A stretch of DNA of 63,908 nucleotides from Octopus bimaculoides (taxonomy: Eukaryota), in the NCBI RefSeq assembly GCF_001194135.2, contig NC_068990.1, positions 30,081,509-30,145,416 on the forward strand, given 5' to 3'. The notes below the pieces were generated by a model. That model ran no database searches. It had not been told where the DNA came from and worked only from the letters and a program-made list of their open reading frames with translations. Below are positions 1-13,415 of the stretch, piece by piece (positions within the stretch are counted from its first letter, which is position 1; each line of letters begins with the position of its first letter). Made by a program: the position numbers and the translations under genes.

Positions 1-52
<52 letters not shown>

Positions 53-355
53 CACACGAACACACACATCTATGTATGTGCATATATGTGGGTGTGTGTA
101 TGTACATACATGAGTGTCTCATCAAGACGACTAATGACTTTGCCTTAATGAGTTTAAACACAGAAACATGAATTTGGTGATGATGGTTCAAATTAAAATA
201 AAAAAGTTGTGACGATGAAGACAACAACAACAAAAAAAAAACACAAACTAATGTTAATGCATCAGGCATCATCATCATCATCATCGTCCCCTCTCCTCCT
301 CCCGGCATTATTGTTACTGTGGTAGTGGTGATAATGACTACAAATTATTTACTGA

Positions 356-456
356 TCAGCATGCATCACTTCTTCCAGATGGCATAAGGCCCTCCACACG
401 GCGCCTCTGACTCCGTCGATAAGCATCCGCTCGTCTGTAAGGTTCATTCTTCAGGT
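356..456 (-). CDS. FMNL: Formin-like protein, terminal coding exon (second half of DAD and basic tail): (D)[32 protein letters not shown]
   Basis: Minus-strand acceptor ctgtctcttttgcag at 457-458; phase-1 exon of 101 nt to TGA (356-358); the other two frames stop immediately. Matches the recalled FMNL2 '[20 protein letters not shown]' and Drosophila Frl '[19 protein letters not shown]' tails. Confidence 0.9.
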
Positions 457-661
457 CTGCAAAAGAGACAGAAAGAAATTAAGATGATGGACTAAGATGT
501 AAGAATATATTGTGTAGTGGACATCTTTGAAACTCACTAATTCTTCAAGACACAAGAGATCAGAGAGTAATTACTTCAACCATTATCGAGAATGAGAGTG
601 TATGTGTGTGTGTGTGTGTGTGTGTGTTAAGCATATTTGAATAAATGATCTCTACACTGTA

Positions 662-1208
662 TTAGGTTGTCCAGAAAGTTCTGAGCGTTTTCAAGCTAAA
701 TCCTTTAATGCTTCATTGAACACACCTGAAACGTAAAACAGTTAAAACTTTGGCATTGTTTGAAGTGGTAGTGCATCTCTTCTTTGTTCTTGATTAAAAA
801 TAGATTTATCGTTCATTCGGATTCCCCTTTATTGACACTTGAAATGGAGAACCAGAAATCTCATGTTCGCATTGTAATGCTTTCCTTTCTTAAAAAAGGA
901 GAAAATGCTGCAAAGACTTGCAAAAACATTTGTGAAGATTATGGTAATGATGATGCTGCTGTAGGTGAATCAACTGTTTGAAGGTGGTTTGCAGAATTTA
1001 AAGCTGGGGAGTTTAGCTTGGAAGACGACAGCCGCAGTGGAAGACCTTCAAAATTGGATGAAGATGTTTTGATGGCAAAAATTGAAGAAAACTCAAATAT
1101 GACAACGAGAGAACTTGCAGAGAAGTTGGAAATTTCTAAAAGTATGGTTCGTGAAGTATATCACTTTTCACAAATTAAAAAATGCTCAGAACTTTCCGGA
1201 CAACCTAA
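662..1208 (+). mobile_element. Internally deleted mariner element with both TIRs
   Basis: TIR ttaggttgtccagaaagttctgagc and gctcagaactttccggacaacctaa with TA TSDs (660-661, 1209-1210). Encodes a transposase N-terminal HTH (MENQKSHVRIVML...SGRPSKLDEDVL...TTRELAEKL) with one stop; catalytic domain deleted. Confidence 0.9.
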
Positions 1209-2599
1209 TATTTGCAAGACTGTAAATTCTACAATACACACACAAATGAGTGTGTTTTAACGTTATCTGAGAAATTAAGGCAACAGTTAATTTTTAAATG
1301 CAATTTTTTTTTTAATAATTACAATTATCACACAAATAGTAATAACTTTTAGAAAACACTGAAATTTAAATGTCATTTTAATTCTCTCCACAATTCTAAG
1401 ATTACAACACAGGAGAAATATTTGCAAACAATTTACCATTTGTATTCAATGCAAAAAAAAGGAAAAGTCATGTGACTGACTTTATTAAATAAATAAAACA
1501 AATAATAAAAGATTATGTCTTGTTTTTTAGAGACGTGAAAAGTCTGGTTTGAATGTTTAACTGAAAGAGTAAAATTAGGTCCTAAAGAGCAGAATTAATC
1601 CCTTTTCCCAATCAAATGACAAAGCAATAATAAGACAGATAAAAGTGGCCCTCTTGTACATATGCGTATCTTGACACATGTGAGTAAACCCAATGAATAA
1701 AGATTTATTTTAATACCACATGCAAGGGATTAATCCATAGCCAGTTCAATTTTGGATGGGGAATGGTGGTGGTGGTGGTGGTGGGGGATTGCCAGGAAGA
1801 AAGAACCTATTTTACTCTAAGATAAGAAGCAAAAAATTGTGGAAATTGGATATTGGGAAAGAAAGAAAAAGTTTGAAGAAGGAGTTGGAAGGAATGAAAT
1901 GAATGATTAGGAAGAAAGAAAGCAGTCTTTTGAAAAATGGCTGTGTGGCACTGTGTGGGAAAGTTGATAGAAAGGATAATTGAGACAACAAAGAAGAAAG
2001 AATGGAGAAACTTTTGTTGTGGTGCAAAGAATACAATCTATAATGGAAGGAATAACTCCATATTTCCATTGTTTTGAGTTTGTCCTTGTATAAATAATAG
2101 CATAATCTTAACTTCTCAACTAAACTTATAGCAAAGATTTAGATCAGGGATTCTCAGCCAAGGTCCATATGACCGGGGTGGGTGCATAAAAGATTTGGTT
2201 CTTAAAATTAATAAACAATAAATTGGTTTTGATTCTACAATAAAAAAAAATATATTTTAAATATTTTTATATAATATATAAATATAAGAGGAAATTTTTT
2301 AAACATTGAATGGTTTAAAGGATTCATTCGAGTGAAATAGGGATCAAAGGGAGTCAACGAGTCAAAATTGGTTGAGTCTAGGATGTAGTTGGAGATTCAA
2401 TACATATACAGTTCCATAGTTGGCTCCAAATTAGACAGTGCTAATTAACTCAACAGGCTCCAATAACAAGTAATTAATGAGCTTTGGGGTTGAGAAAATC
2501 TTTTAGACACTGATCACTTCAAAGGAGAAAAAAAGACTGCTGCCATACAGAGTCAATGATTTCAGGTTTGCTGTCTACAAAGATATTTTGTGAGTAGAA

Positions 2600-3060
2600 A
2601 TCAGATGGCACAGTTATGCCATGCGTTGATGGCATGCTATCTGCCCGACTCTCAACCATGCTCTGGGGTCAATTCTGTCCCTCATTTCCCCAAAACTTAG
2701 ACAATATTCTCAGCCAAACAACATGGCCATTCATTGCACCTAAGCATTCTCTTACCAGACATCACTACACACAACTTAGACACCAAACATCAAACATGCA
2801 TTGAATCCCTAAAAGACATTCTGGGACCATGCTCTAGCAGGGCCAACCACGACAACCTTGTCTCTTTTAACAGTAAAAACCTGAAACACTATCAAGAAAA
2901 TACTCCTTCACCACCCACTAAACATATTGGTACGACATCACAACCCTCAGAGCTACTCTAAATGCTGGGCCTCACTGTCACGGAGGATCTCTTCTGGTAA
3001 AAGCACAACCTTAAAATAAATCAGATTGCATCTGGCTGACCATTCACACCATCATTCCCT
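2600..3060 (+). mobile_element. Degenerate CR1/L2-like LINE reverse-transcriptase fragment
   Basis: Frameshifted peptides resembling ...GSILS..NILSQT, NLVSFNSK, MLGLTVTEDL.W of CR1/jockey-group RT C-terminal regions (recalled similarity). Confidence 0.45.
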
Positions 3061-6000
3061 CACCAGTAACAAAGGGTCTATGAGAATCATGGGTTCTACC
3101 CTAATCCCATCCCTTTAAGAGCAGCAAATAAAAACGAAAAGCAACTTTTTTTGCTTTTAGCTTTTTTTGTTCTTTTTCTCATGATGACCCCAAAATGGAC
3201 AGATAATTTTGAAGATTTGATTATTAAGACAAGAATCCAATGTCTGTATTTTTCAATGTCTTTTACTCCACTCTCCTAGAATCTTAAGCTGGGATGGAGG
3301 CAGATTAACAGACACAACTTGGCAACTACAGCAGAGTTTCAACTTTGGAACTTATCACTGAAATATGGGAAAACATCAAAGAATTACTTTGTATCTGGTT
3401 TGCAAGACTCCTGATATTAATGTGTGTGTTGAAACAAATCTTGTCATGAGAGGGTCATTACACACACACACACTGGTTTAATTTCACTCCTTTATTATTA
3501 GTCAACTGGTTAAATATCTAACTAATTGTTTGTTCGTGTAATGTGCTGAAAAATATCTATGATAAAGAGAAGTATAGATGAGAGCCACCACATCATGTCA
3601 TCTATTGCCAAGTGTGACAGTAACAATGTTACATTGTTGACCAACCACCAAAACCAGCCGACAAACCCCGAGTTACAGAATAAGCTCTGGACCAAACCTT
3701 AGACTTTCATTTGTGAGATTCAATGGATCTCTATGTGTTTCATTTGATTTAGTTTACTGAAAAATAAAAGTTTACTTGTGAAGACAAGAATTAGTGAGGG
3801 AAAACAACAACAAAACAAAGAAAAGAAAATTGTTAGAATGAAATAACATGCAGGAAAAAAAGGAAACATTTTTTTTTTAATGAAAGACAAGAGGGCAGCA
3901 GCTACACTCTTTCCTTCATTGGGGGTGGGGACTAAAGCTGGTGGGGTAGAAGGAACTTTCCTGAAACTTAAGAATTGACCCTAATACAGAGTGGACTATT
4001 AACTGTTTAGCATTTAAACTGGTCGTATTCTACCTGTTTCATGTCCAAATTGACCAGATCTAATCTCACACCTATCCTACAATGTCATTCAAAAAATATA
4101 CAATCACATTTTTTAAATCTTGAAATTGTGAGATGATGCCTGATTAATTAAAAACAATGTGAATAAAGAAGTCTTTCATAGAGTAATCTGAATGCTAAAT
4201 ACTTATGGATACCCAAGGATCAGGTGGTGGGGTTTGGTCTGACACCAGCAATTCTGGACAGCTGACCCCCTTTCCATCATACCCAGCAAAATAAGCTGTG
4301 AGTTTTCATATAATAATAATAATAATTTCTAATTTAGGCTCAAAGCCAACAAATTGGAGAGGACAGCTTTAATTGATTATATCAACTCCAGAACTTGGCT
4401 GGGACCTAACTGATCCCAGAGATGAAAAAGTAAATCTGATCTCACTAGGATTTGAATTCATAATGTAAAGAGTAACAATGAAGGAGTTTTGTCTGAGGCT
4501 CATTTACAAGGAAGGAAATTTTGGGAATATTAATTACCAGATTAAATTGACCTCAGATCTTGACTGGTGCTTTAATTCATCACCCCTACAAGGATGACTG
4601 ATAAAGTTGATCCTGGCAGGATTTGATCTCAGAAAAAGCTAGAACAAACACTGCAGGCACAACATTTGAGTTAAGCGTTGGATTAATGCAACCATTTCAG
4701 TTATTTCTTCTTCAAGAGATATCTTTGAAATTAATTCACTTGGGTTCCATGGGGAAGAAATTGGAAATAATACCAAATACTCTCGAGTCATTTGTCTTGA
4801 AGGAATTACTGTAGACAGTTTGCCATAACAGAGCTGTTTTGTAAATTACAGCCTGAAAATGGTAAAATTGTCAAGAACAGAGAAAGGAAATACCTTCAAC
4901 TTGTGTGACAAATGAGATATTCGAGAAAAAAACAAATAATTAGTAAGAAAATAAGATGACATTTTGTAAAGAGTTAAGAATTCATGCAATACCAATAAAT
5001 CGTCGTTAGAGTAACCGATGTAAAAATTAAGAATGAGTAATCATGCAGTAATAATGATTTTGGGGAGTCGATTGAAGGAGTACATTACCACAACAGCAGG
5101 GGTATTCATGCTAGATATAGTGTTTGTGGCTATCAATAAAAGCACAGTTTCAAGTATGGTTGACAATGATAGGAACTAACAAAATCTTGACATGTTATCC
5201 CAAACGTAGAAAAGAAAATGAAAATAACAGCAATGCTTTCTAACATTTGGAGGGAAACAAGGGAAGAAGAGTTTAGATGACTTCCATGTGATTTGAACTT
5301 AAAACATAAAAAGGATAGAACTAAATACTACAAAACAGTTTTGTTCAATATTAAGCAGTTTTTAACAATCTATTCATTCTAACCATAATTTTGGATGTTT
5401 CTCAAAGTCTAATCAATTGTGGTCACTCTTTCATATTTATTATAATCATTATTAGTGGACTTTACTTTTCGTCCTTTTGGTGGGGGTCAATAAGATTTGA
5501 AACCATTATTACTACTACTGCTACTATTACATGCTGTTTCTAATTTAAGCACAAGGCCAGCAATTTTGGGACAGATGAGGCAAGTTGATTATAATGGTTC
5601 CAGTGCTTGACTGGTTCTTTATTTTTGTCAAAGAACCAGAAGGATGACAGGCAAAGTTGACCTTTGCAGAATTTGAACTTAAAAGGTCAAGTATTGGAAC
5701 AAACATTGTAATGCATTTTATCTGACATTCTAATAATTCTTCTTATTCTCCATACAAAACAGAGAGAACCATTATGGACAGAGTCAGCCTTGAGTATGTG
5801 TGTGTAGAGGGGTGAGAAAAATAGAATATAAAAATTTTTCAAATTATTTTTTCAAAGAAAACCATTAATTACAAATTAAGGTATAAGCAAATTAACTGAT
5901 TCTTGATAGAACTGCTGTCTAAATGCCGTTTTCATAATTCCATGCATTCAATGTTAAATCTATAACTGAATTATCTTTTTGAGATTATCTTCCTGTACAG

Positions 6001-7054
6001 GTTTTCACTGCAATCACAAAAGTTCTAAAGGAAAAAAAATCTACCATTAGAGGAAGAGAAGAACCAAATCAGTTTGGTATGAATAAAACCACTGGATTTA
6101 TCACTAAAATGTGTTGACATAACACCATGCAAGCCAACAGCCATGGTAACATTGTCATGTCAAACATATGTTCTATGTTAACACAGTACCTTATCAACAA
6201 AGCACAAAATCATTGTAGCAACAATACAGACATAACACAGCTAATACGATTGTGTTAATCAAGACAATTTTAATTAAGGAATATGTAAGGAAATGAGTTA
6301 ATTCTGAGAGTAGTTTGTTTGTAGGGCAATATGCTAACACAATTCTGCCACAGAATCACAATTTAAACAAAGTTTTAATTTATTATTTTGGATTGGCATT
6401 CAACATGCTTTCACAACACCAAAACTCCACCTCTACCCTCAACTATTCTAACATCATACCCAGATGACACCCTTAATATTTGAATTTTGTCTGTGAGTGA
6501 GTATTTCTCCATTCAAAGCATTACATGCATAGAAAGAATTCTGTCTATAAAAAGGGAAAAGTATAGGAATTTTAAAAAAAATATTCCAGAATGTTGTGAC
6601 CTTTAATTAAGGGATTTTATATCTGATGATATTCGCATCTGTGTAAACCACACTCACAGTTTCAATTTCAGGATGGGTACAAAAAATAAAAACACTTGAG
6701 GTTGTATCGTCAAGTCACGGCAATAACATTTTGAAAGTTTTTCCAGTTTCTTTATTAACAAACTCCAGAAACTCAGCCATGAAGGGTTTCACCAGCAATT
6801 CTTGAGGGGGAAGGGTCTTAATTCATACCATTGACCCTAGTCCTTCAGTGCTACTTAATTTTATCAATTCCAGAACAATGAACTGCAAGGTTGATCTCTA
6901 CAGGACTTCAACTTGAAGAACATAAAAAGCCAAACCAAATACCACAAGGCATTTTTTCCCCTATGTTCTAATAATTCTGCCAATCCCCACAACAATAAAA
7001 CAACTAAATTAAACATCATTGCAAAATTAATTAATAAATCAATTGCAGACTTAC

Positions 7055-7163
7055 CTAAAAGAATATCTTCCAGAGCACCATGATACACTTCGTCTTTGTT
7101 TAAAAGTTTTTTCTCTTTGATTTGTCTGGTCCTCGTTTTAGTTCCTTCTGCGGCAGCTGCCTC
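7055..7163 (-). CDS. FMNL: Formin-like protein, penultimate exon: [36 protein letters not shown] (DAD core)
   Basis: Acceptor ggcttttaatag, donor G|GTAAGT; 109 nt, phase 0 to 1, splices in frame to 356-456 (G+AC = Asp). Matches recalled Frl '[20 protein letters not shown]' and FMNL 'GAIEDII'. Confidence 0.92.
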
Positions 7164-7209
7164 CTATTAAAAGCCAAAGAGTAACAGTTACTTACCATGC
7201 TAACCTCAG

Positions 7210-7241
<32 letters not shown>

Positions 7242-9476
7242 TTCAACAGTTTTATGCCATTTTTTAAAATCATTTTCTCCAATGTAAATCCGTACCACTT
7301 TACATGTCTTTGTATTGTTTTCCTCATCTTTGCCCTGATGGCAAATCTAAGAAATTATTATTCCTGGCATCCAGCCAATGCCAGCATGGAAAACAGACAT
7401 TCAATGATTATTAGTAGTATTACCATTAACACTTTCAACAGTTTTCTCAAAGTTCCTACTGCACCACCACCACCACCACCGGGTGCACTTCAATGTCCCA
7501 GAGACATATGCAACATTGTCTTTTAAAAAATGTAAAATTATGTTCATATACCACATGATGATGATACTGATGGTAACAATACCATATCAGTTTTTGTCTA
7601 ATTGTGGGATTTGTGTTTGGGGTTTCTGATGTTCTTTGTGGGTCTCTTTTGTTGCCATTTGAATTACATTATTTCATTATTACACATTGTACTACATATC
7701 TGGTACTGGTGCCATATAAAAGCACCGGTGTTGGTGCCACATATAAAGCACTGGTACAGGTGTCACATAAAAAGCACCCATTACACTTTCAGGGTGGTTA
7801 GCTTTAGGAAGGGCATCCAGCTATAGAAGAAACCTTGCCAAATCAGACAATTGGAGTCTGGTATATGATGGTGGTGGTGGTGGTGGTGGTGTGTGATTAG
7901 TGTTGTGTTCCATTGTCAGATGGCAAGGTGACTGTGTTCGGACATGTGGTCAGTGGTTTCAGTAGAATTTGTAGTTTGTAACTAAATAGAATGGATTTTT
8001 TGTGAGAGTTGCCAATGTCATAATGTCAGGCTTCCATTATGTTGGAATGGGTGTGTTATTTAATTACACAGTGTGCAGGCTGAGATTTCCCTAAAACGAA
8101 TCCCACCGAGGCCAATTCGGTCAGATTTGAACTCAGAATGCAAAGGGCCAGAAGAAATACCACAAACCATTTAGTCCAACACTATTCTACCAATGCCCAC
8201 ACCTTGACAACTATCACAACTACTATTATGATTCAAAATTTAAAAAAAACACAAGACAGCAACAGGTGAGGGAACAACAAACAAGGTGTATTGGTTTGAT
8301 GCTCAGGAAAAATGGAAGAAGTCTTTGATGNNNNNNNNNNNNNNNNNNNNNNNNNNNNNNNNNNNNNNNNNNNNNNNNNNNNNNNNNNNNNNNNNNNNNN
8401 NNNNNNNNNNNNNNNNNNNNNNNNNNNNNNNNNNNNNNNNNNNNNNNNNNNNNNNNNNNNNNNNNNNNNNNNNNNNNNNNNNNNNNNNNNNNNNNNNNNN
8501 NNNNNNNNNNNNNNNNNNNNNNNNNNNNNNNNNNNNNNNNNNNNNNNNNNNNNNNNNNNNNNNNNNNNNNNNNNNNNNNNNNNNNNNNNNNNNNNNNNNN
8601 NNNNNNNNNNNNNNNNNNNNNNNNNNNNNNNNNNNNNNNNNNNNNNNNNNNNNNNNNNNNNNNNNNNNNNNNNNNNNNNNNNNNNNNNNNNNNNNNNNNN
8701 NNNTATCTCTTAAAAGAGGGATTCAAGTAGGAGCACTAATCAATTGCTGAATGCTTCTTTAGTTTACAAAACTAGAAAACTGTTTTGTTCGAAGGTTACT
8801 AAAGATGGTGATGTTCAGGCTGAATATCAACCACATGAATCTCTTTAGAAGGGATTGCAAAAGTTATGGGCCTGCCTCTTTTTATTTGACTAAATTGTAT
8901 TAAAATCAAGTAAGCTTTAGTGGAAAGTACTTTAGCAAAATCTTGGTAGCCTAATCAGTCTTGGATAATTCCGATATAGAGCTTCAAAATGATTGGTTGC
9001 ATCAACACTACAAACAAGGTAACTAATTTGATGGAGAGGAATTAATGTCACTAAATGACTGACACTGGTTTTATCAATCTTTGATGGACAGAGGGGAAGG
9101 TCAATAAGGTCAATCCAGTGAGGTTCATCATCATCATCATCATTTCACATCCGTTTTCCTGTCATGCATTGGATCAAGATTTATATAATTTAAGGGTGGA
9201 GCCACAGGCAAATAAGATTGTAAATCAGTGTTAAAGTACAATCAGGTAATTAGAAAAGTTAGCAAGGGAGGTAACTGCGTTGAATCCTTTATTATAAAAA
9301 GCTAAGGGAGATAAATAACATAGCTTTCCAAATTGAATTTAGCTAAACATCACTTTACAACTGGTCAACTACATCAATAACACAAAATATATTGATTCCA
9401 ATTACTTCTTCAATCAGTTAGGACTTTTAAATATCCTTAGCCAATGCAAAACAAAAAATAAATAAGGGTCGCGTAC

Positions 9477-9547
9477 CTTAAACGCATTCACAAACCGCAC
9501 AAACTGGGAAAAAAATGTTGTTGGTGAAACCATCCTGGGGTTTTCAC
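9477..9547 (-). CDS. FMNL: Formin-like protein, FH2 C-terminal exon (5' part lost in gap): GENPRMVSPTTFFSQFVRFVNAFK
   Basis: Open frame ending at AAG|GTACGC, phase 0. Matches recalled FMNL2 '[24 protein letters not shown]'. The upstream part lies in the 100-N gap 9548-9647. Confidence 0.85.
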
Positions 9548-9679
9548 NNNNNNNNNNNNNNNNNNNNNNNNNNNNNNNNNNNNNNNNNNNNNNNNNNNNN
9601 NNNNNNNNNNNNNNNNNNNNNNNNNNNNNNNNNNNNNNNNNNNNNNNCAAGAAGAATTTGGCCATTTCAAAAACAGTCT

Positions 9680-9960
9680 GTTAGAAAAACTTTCAACTCT
9701 CTATTGCACACTCTGACTACCTCTATGACCTTATCCACCCATTTCTCTGCAAGAAGTAGACCCATACCACCTACCCCATCGCTGTTACCTTTCCAGAAGA
9801 TTTTATACCTATGTGTTCTGCCTGTGAGGAACCTGGTTGAAGCCTTTCTCCACCTTACCTCTTGAATGCAGCATACATCAGCATGCCTCCCTTCAAGCAT
9901 CTCACTAGACCTACCTTTCAATGTCCCTACATTGACAGTACCAACTCTGAGAACTGAGAA
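9680..9960 (-). mobile_element. RTE-type LINE apurinic-endonuclease fragment
   Basis: VNVGTLKGRSSEMLEGRHADVCCIQEVRWR...KIFWKGNSDGVGGMGLLLAEKWVDKV, typical of the RTE ORF N-terminus. Confidence 0.8.
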
Positions 9961-10224
9961 AGGGACATGGGGGGAGCATGGGAATGAGGGATGGTATTCA
10001 GCACCTGAGAGAAGGTTTTAATGAACATTTCATAACAGACATGTCACATCAGTTGTTCTTACTTTAACCTACCATCATTCAATCATGTTAAAATTGTTGC
10101 CCCTATTGGGAGTAAGTGTAAGATAAGTGTTGTAAATTATAACCTTTGTAAATATAAGCGTTATTGCTGCAAACATAAATGGGTCAACGTTTAAATTAAG
10201 TAAATCAGCTGCTGTTGGCTAGTC

Positions 10225-10521
10225 CAGGGGTTTTCAAAGTGTGGTCCGTGGACCACAGGGGGTCCGCAAGGACAAGACAGGGGGTCCGTAGACAGCAAAT
10301 ACTTTTTATGGGCAATTTGATTTTATATATGTTTTTTAATCGAAATCTTTGAATTGACAATAAACCTATTTGTTAAATACTGTTAAATAAATAAATGTAA
10401 AAATATATGTTATTTTAAGCAAATATTTATGTATAAATTTCATAAGCGTTTATAAGGGGGTCCCTAAGGTAAAGCCTGAAATATAAAGGGGTCTGCAAGT
10501 CAAAAAGTTTGAAAACCCCTG
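10225..10521. mobile_element. hAT-type MITE, 297 bp
   Basis: TIR caggggttttcaaa / tttgaaaacccctg with perfect 8-bp TSD ggctagtc (10217-10224, 10522-10529). Confidence 0.9.
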
Positions 10522-11439
10522 GGCTAGTCCATTATATATAGAAAGGAGTAGNNNNNNNNNNNNNNNNNNNNNNNNNNNNNNNNNNNNNNNNNNNNNNNNN
10601 NNNNNNNNNNNNNNNNNNNNNNNNNNNNNNNNNNNNNNNNNNNNNNNNNNNNNNNNNNNNNNNNNNNNNNNNNNNNNNNNNNNNNNNNNNNNNNNNNNNN
10701 NNNNNNNNNNNNNNNNNNNNNNNNNNNNNNNNNNNNNNNNNNNNNNNNNNNNNNNNNNNNNNNNNNNNNNNNNNNNNNNNNNNNNNNNNNNNNNNNNNNN
10801 NNNNNNNNNNNNNNNNNNNNNNNNNNNNNNNNNNNNNNNNNNNNNNNNNNNNNNNNNNNNNNNNNNNNNNNNNNNNNNNNNNNNNNNNNNNNNNNNNNNN
10901 NNNNNNNNNNNNNNNNNNNNNNNNNNNNNNNNNNNNNNNNNNNNNNNNNNNNNNNNNNNNNNNNNNNNNNNNNNNNNNNNNNNNNNNNNNNNNNNNAGAG
11001 AGAGAGAGAGAGAGAGAGACTTGAAATATTTTATTACTGGAGAAATCATGGTAAATATGAGAAGACATGAGTTATGAAACAAGGTGAGAATTTTGTAAAA
11101 GAAATTAGAGTGGGTGAGGATTTACGAATTTTAGAGAGAGAGGAGGAGAGAGAGAAACTTGGAAGAATATTTGCTGAAGTTACAAAATAGAAAGAATAAT
11201 TTTCAACTCCCAGTAAATCCAAGAGTTGTTATGACATTCTATGAATTTATGGAACATTTTGTAGAATCAAGACAGACCGGACTTCAGAGATATTGTCACA
11301 ATCTAGAAGAATATGCATATTCCACACCAACAAACATTAATACACGCACACACACACACACACCACAAACACATAGCATTGAGCTGTATCCAGTTGATTA
11401 GCGTTACAATCATGATTTTTTGCATCTCTTGATGCAGGT

Positions 11440-12260
11440 CATGCTATTGGTAAAAATATTAACCAATCAATAAAATACAACGAAATCAGAAAAATCAATT
11501 ATTGATGGAACTTCATTAATTTCAAGGAAATTTGTTTTTGTAATTTTCCTGAAATGAGAATCAGACAATAATTCCTTACCAATGTTTCTTGATTTGGTAT
11601 CAACTACAGAAAATATTTATAATGTATTGCAGAAAATGTTAAATAATGTAGAGTTTGGCACAAAACCTTTAAAGAAAAGTTAGATCCAAAGTTTGTTCTG
11701 CTTGGACAAAGATCTGGAGTTGTTACAAAACTAATTCAAGAGTTTCCGGGCATTAGAATTTGGCATTGCTTGAATCATTGATTACCAATTAGTCTTGATG
11801 ATGTTATAAATGAAATCTAGGCCAACTGCTTCAGCTTTTGGCCAACATTTAATGCTACTATTTCTTTAAGTTTAATGAAAATCAGCTACAACTTAAAACC
11901 ATTTCTACAGTGGTTTTGATATTAAAATACTGAAATTAGGCCATGGTTTTCAATCCACGAGAAGCTTCTTGTTATTTCAAATCTGTTTAAGTGAGATGAA
12001 GGATTCTTTTTTTATAAAGTGTATAAGTTTTCTGGTGAAAAAAAAGTTAAGAAACAAAGCATTCATAAGAGACTTACCATTAATTAGCAGATGAACATAG
12101 AATATTACCAAATGTAGTCCCAGGAAAAGAATTGGATTTCACAATGGTAACAAACACATTAAATGAACAATTAATTTGCAAAATAAAAAATTTAATGAAC
12201 TGGCACATTGAGGGATAGACTTTAATGAAAATGAGAAATTTAAATCAATGTCATGAGAAA
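11440..12260 (+). pseudogene. Decayed hAT transposase related to the KIAA1586 domesticated-hAT family
   Basis: IIDGTSLISR, PMFLDLVSTTENIYNVL, and [38 protein letters not shown], close to recalled KIAA1586 '[39 protein letters not shown]'; multiple stops and frameshifts. Confidence 0.65.
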
Positions 12261-12399
12261 AAGTAACTGGGCTTAATTAATTTACGTGCTACCTGGCTCC
12301 TGTGCAGGTAGCATGTAAAAAACACCTTTTGAGTGTGGTCGTTGCCAGAACCACCTGACTGACCCTCATGCCGGTGGCACATAAAAGCACACACACACA

Positions 12400-12556
12400 C
12401 AATGAGCTTATTTCAGTTTGCACCTACCAAATCCACTCACACGGCTTTTATCAGCACAAGGCTATAATAAGAGATACTTGCCCAAGGTGCCACACCATGG
12501 AACTGAACTTGGGACCATGCGGTTGGGAAGCAAACTTCTTTCCACACAGCTACACT
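12400..12556 (-). mobile_element. tRNA-derived SINE head (family A in this report)
   Basis: Reverse complement of gctgtgtgg..agaag.ttgcttcccaacc.catggt.cc..gttcagt.cc..gtggcaccttgggcaag, a head repeated at many other sites in the window. Confidence 0.75.
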
Positions 12557-12814
12557 TAATAATTCATTCCTAGTTTGATACACATTGCTTTGTTGATGAT
12601 TGTTTGTCCATTTAAAATGTTTAATTTCATGTAAAATATATTCAGTTCAAAAACAACAATTATTTGATAGAATTAGAAAGTTATTCACTTTCCACCTATT
12701 TCTGTTTTCAGTAAAATGGATCTTATATTAAGCATTTTTTAACTGAGAAAATTATTGAAATTTAGGTTGTTTTTCTCATAGAAGGATTGATAAATAATCT
12801 TTCAATATCAAATA

Positions 12815-13415
12815 AAGGCAACAAGCTGGTAGAATTGTAACTGCACTGGACAAAATACTTAGTGGTTTAGATGGTGTAAGTCGTCGTTGTGCCATCCAAT
12901 ATGAGTCTCAGAAGGCTGTAATCTTGTTGGTAGTAAACCCAGATGAAAAACATATACAAGCAAGGTTGTAACTTTAAACACGTTTATTGTGGTCACACAT
13001 ATATACACAATGGAATGATAAATAAAATGGTTGCTGTGTAAGGGCCATGGTCTTCTGTGCTATGCTCCTATCTGCAAGCTGGCCTGTGACATAAGATAGA
13101 ACCAGTCAAGTTGTGTCCTCATAGCTTACATGTCAATGCAGAAAAGAGGAAGAGATGAGGTCACGTGTCTGAACCTTAATGTTGCATAATGCCCTCTATA
13201 TCTGGCCAGCTTGTTTGACCTGCTGTTAAGATGGGTAATGCGCCTACAGTGGCATTTTGTTCACCTTTATGTTCTGAGTTCAAATTCTACTAGGGTCAAC
13301 TTTGCCTTTCATATTTTAGGGTTGATAAAATAGTACCAGTTGAGTACTGGGGTTGATGTAACTGACTTATCCCTCCCCAGAATTGCTGGCCTTGTGCCAA
13401 AATTTGAAATCAATA
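12815..13415 (+). mobile_element. tRNA-derived SINE (family B) interrupted by a 383-bp insertion
   Basis: aaggcaacaagctggtagaatt...aaaatacttagtgg | gtggcattttg...ttctgagttcaaattc...gccttgtgccaaaatttgaa; same family as 44965-46110 and 53277-53490. Confidence 0.7.
12866..13248 (-). mobile_element. Probable solo LTR
   Basis: Flanked by 4-bp TSD gtgg; ends tttag (one change from tgtag) and ctaca; minus-strand AATAAA at 12983-12988; no coding capacity. Confidence 0.5.

Noticed and set aside
349-447. Alternative ORF MNLTDERMLIDGVRGAVWRALCHLEEVMHADQ* in the FMNL last exon
   Set aside because: It overlaps the frame with clear formin homology and has no independent support.
3766-6046. Alternative FMNL terminal exons (acceptors near 3768 giving V-N-stop and near 6045 giving E-L-L-stop)
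   Set aside because: Only acceptor-like sequence, no homology to known alternative FMNL tails.
7164-7195. GTAAGT donor 32 nt upstream of the DAD-exon acceptor
   Set aside because: A 32-nt intron is too short for normal metazoan splicing.
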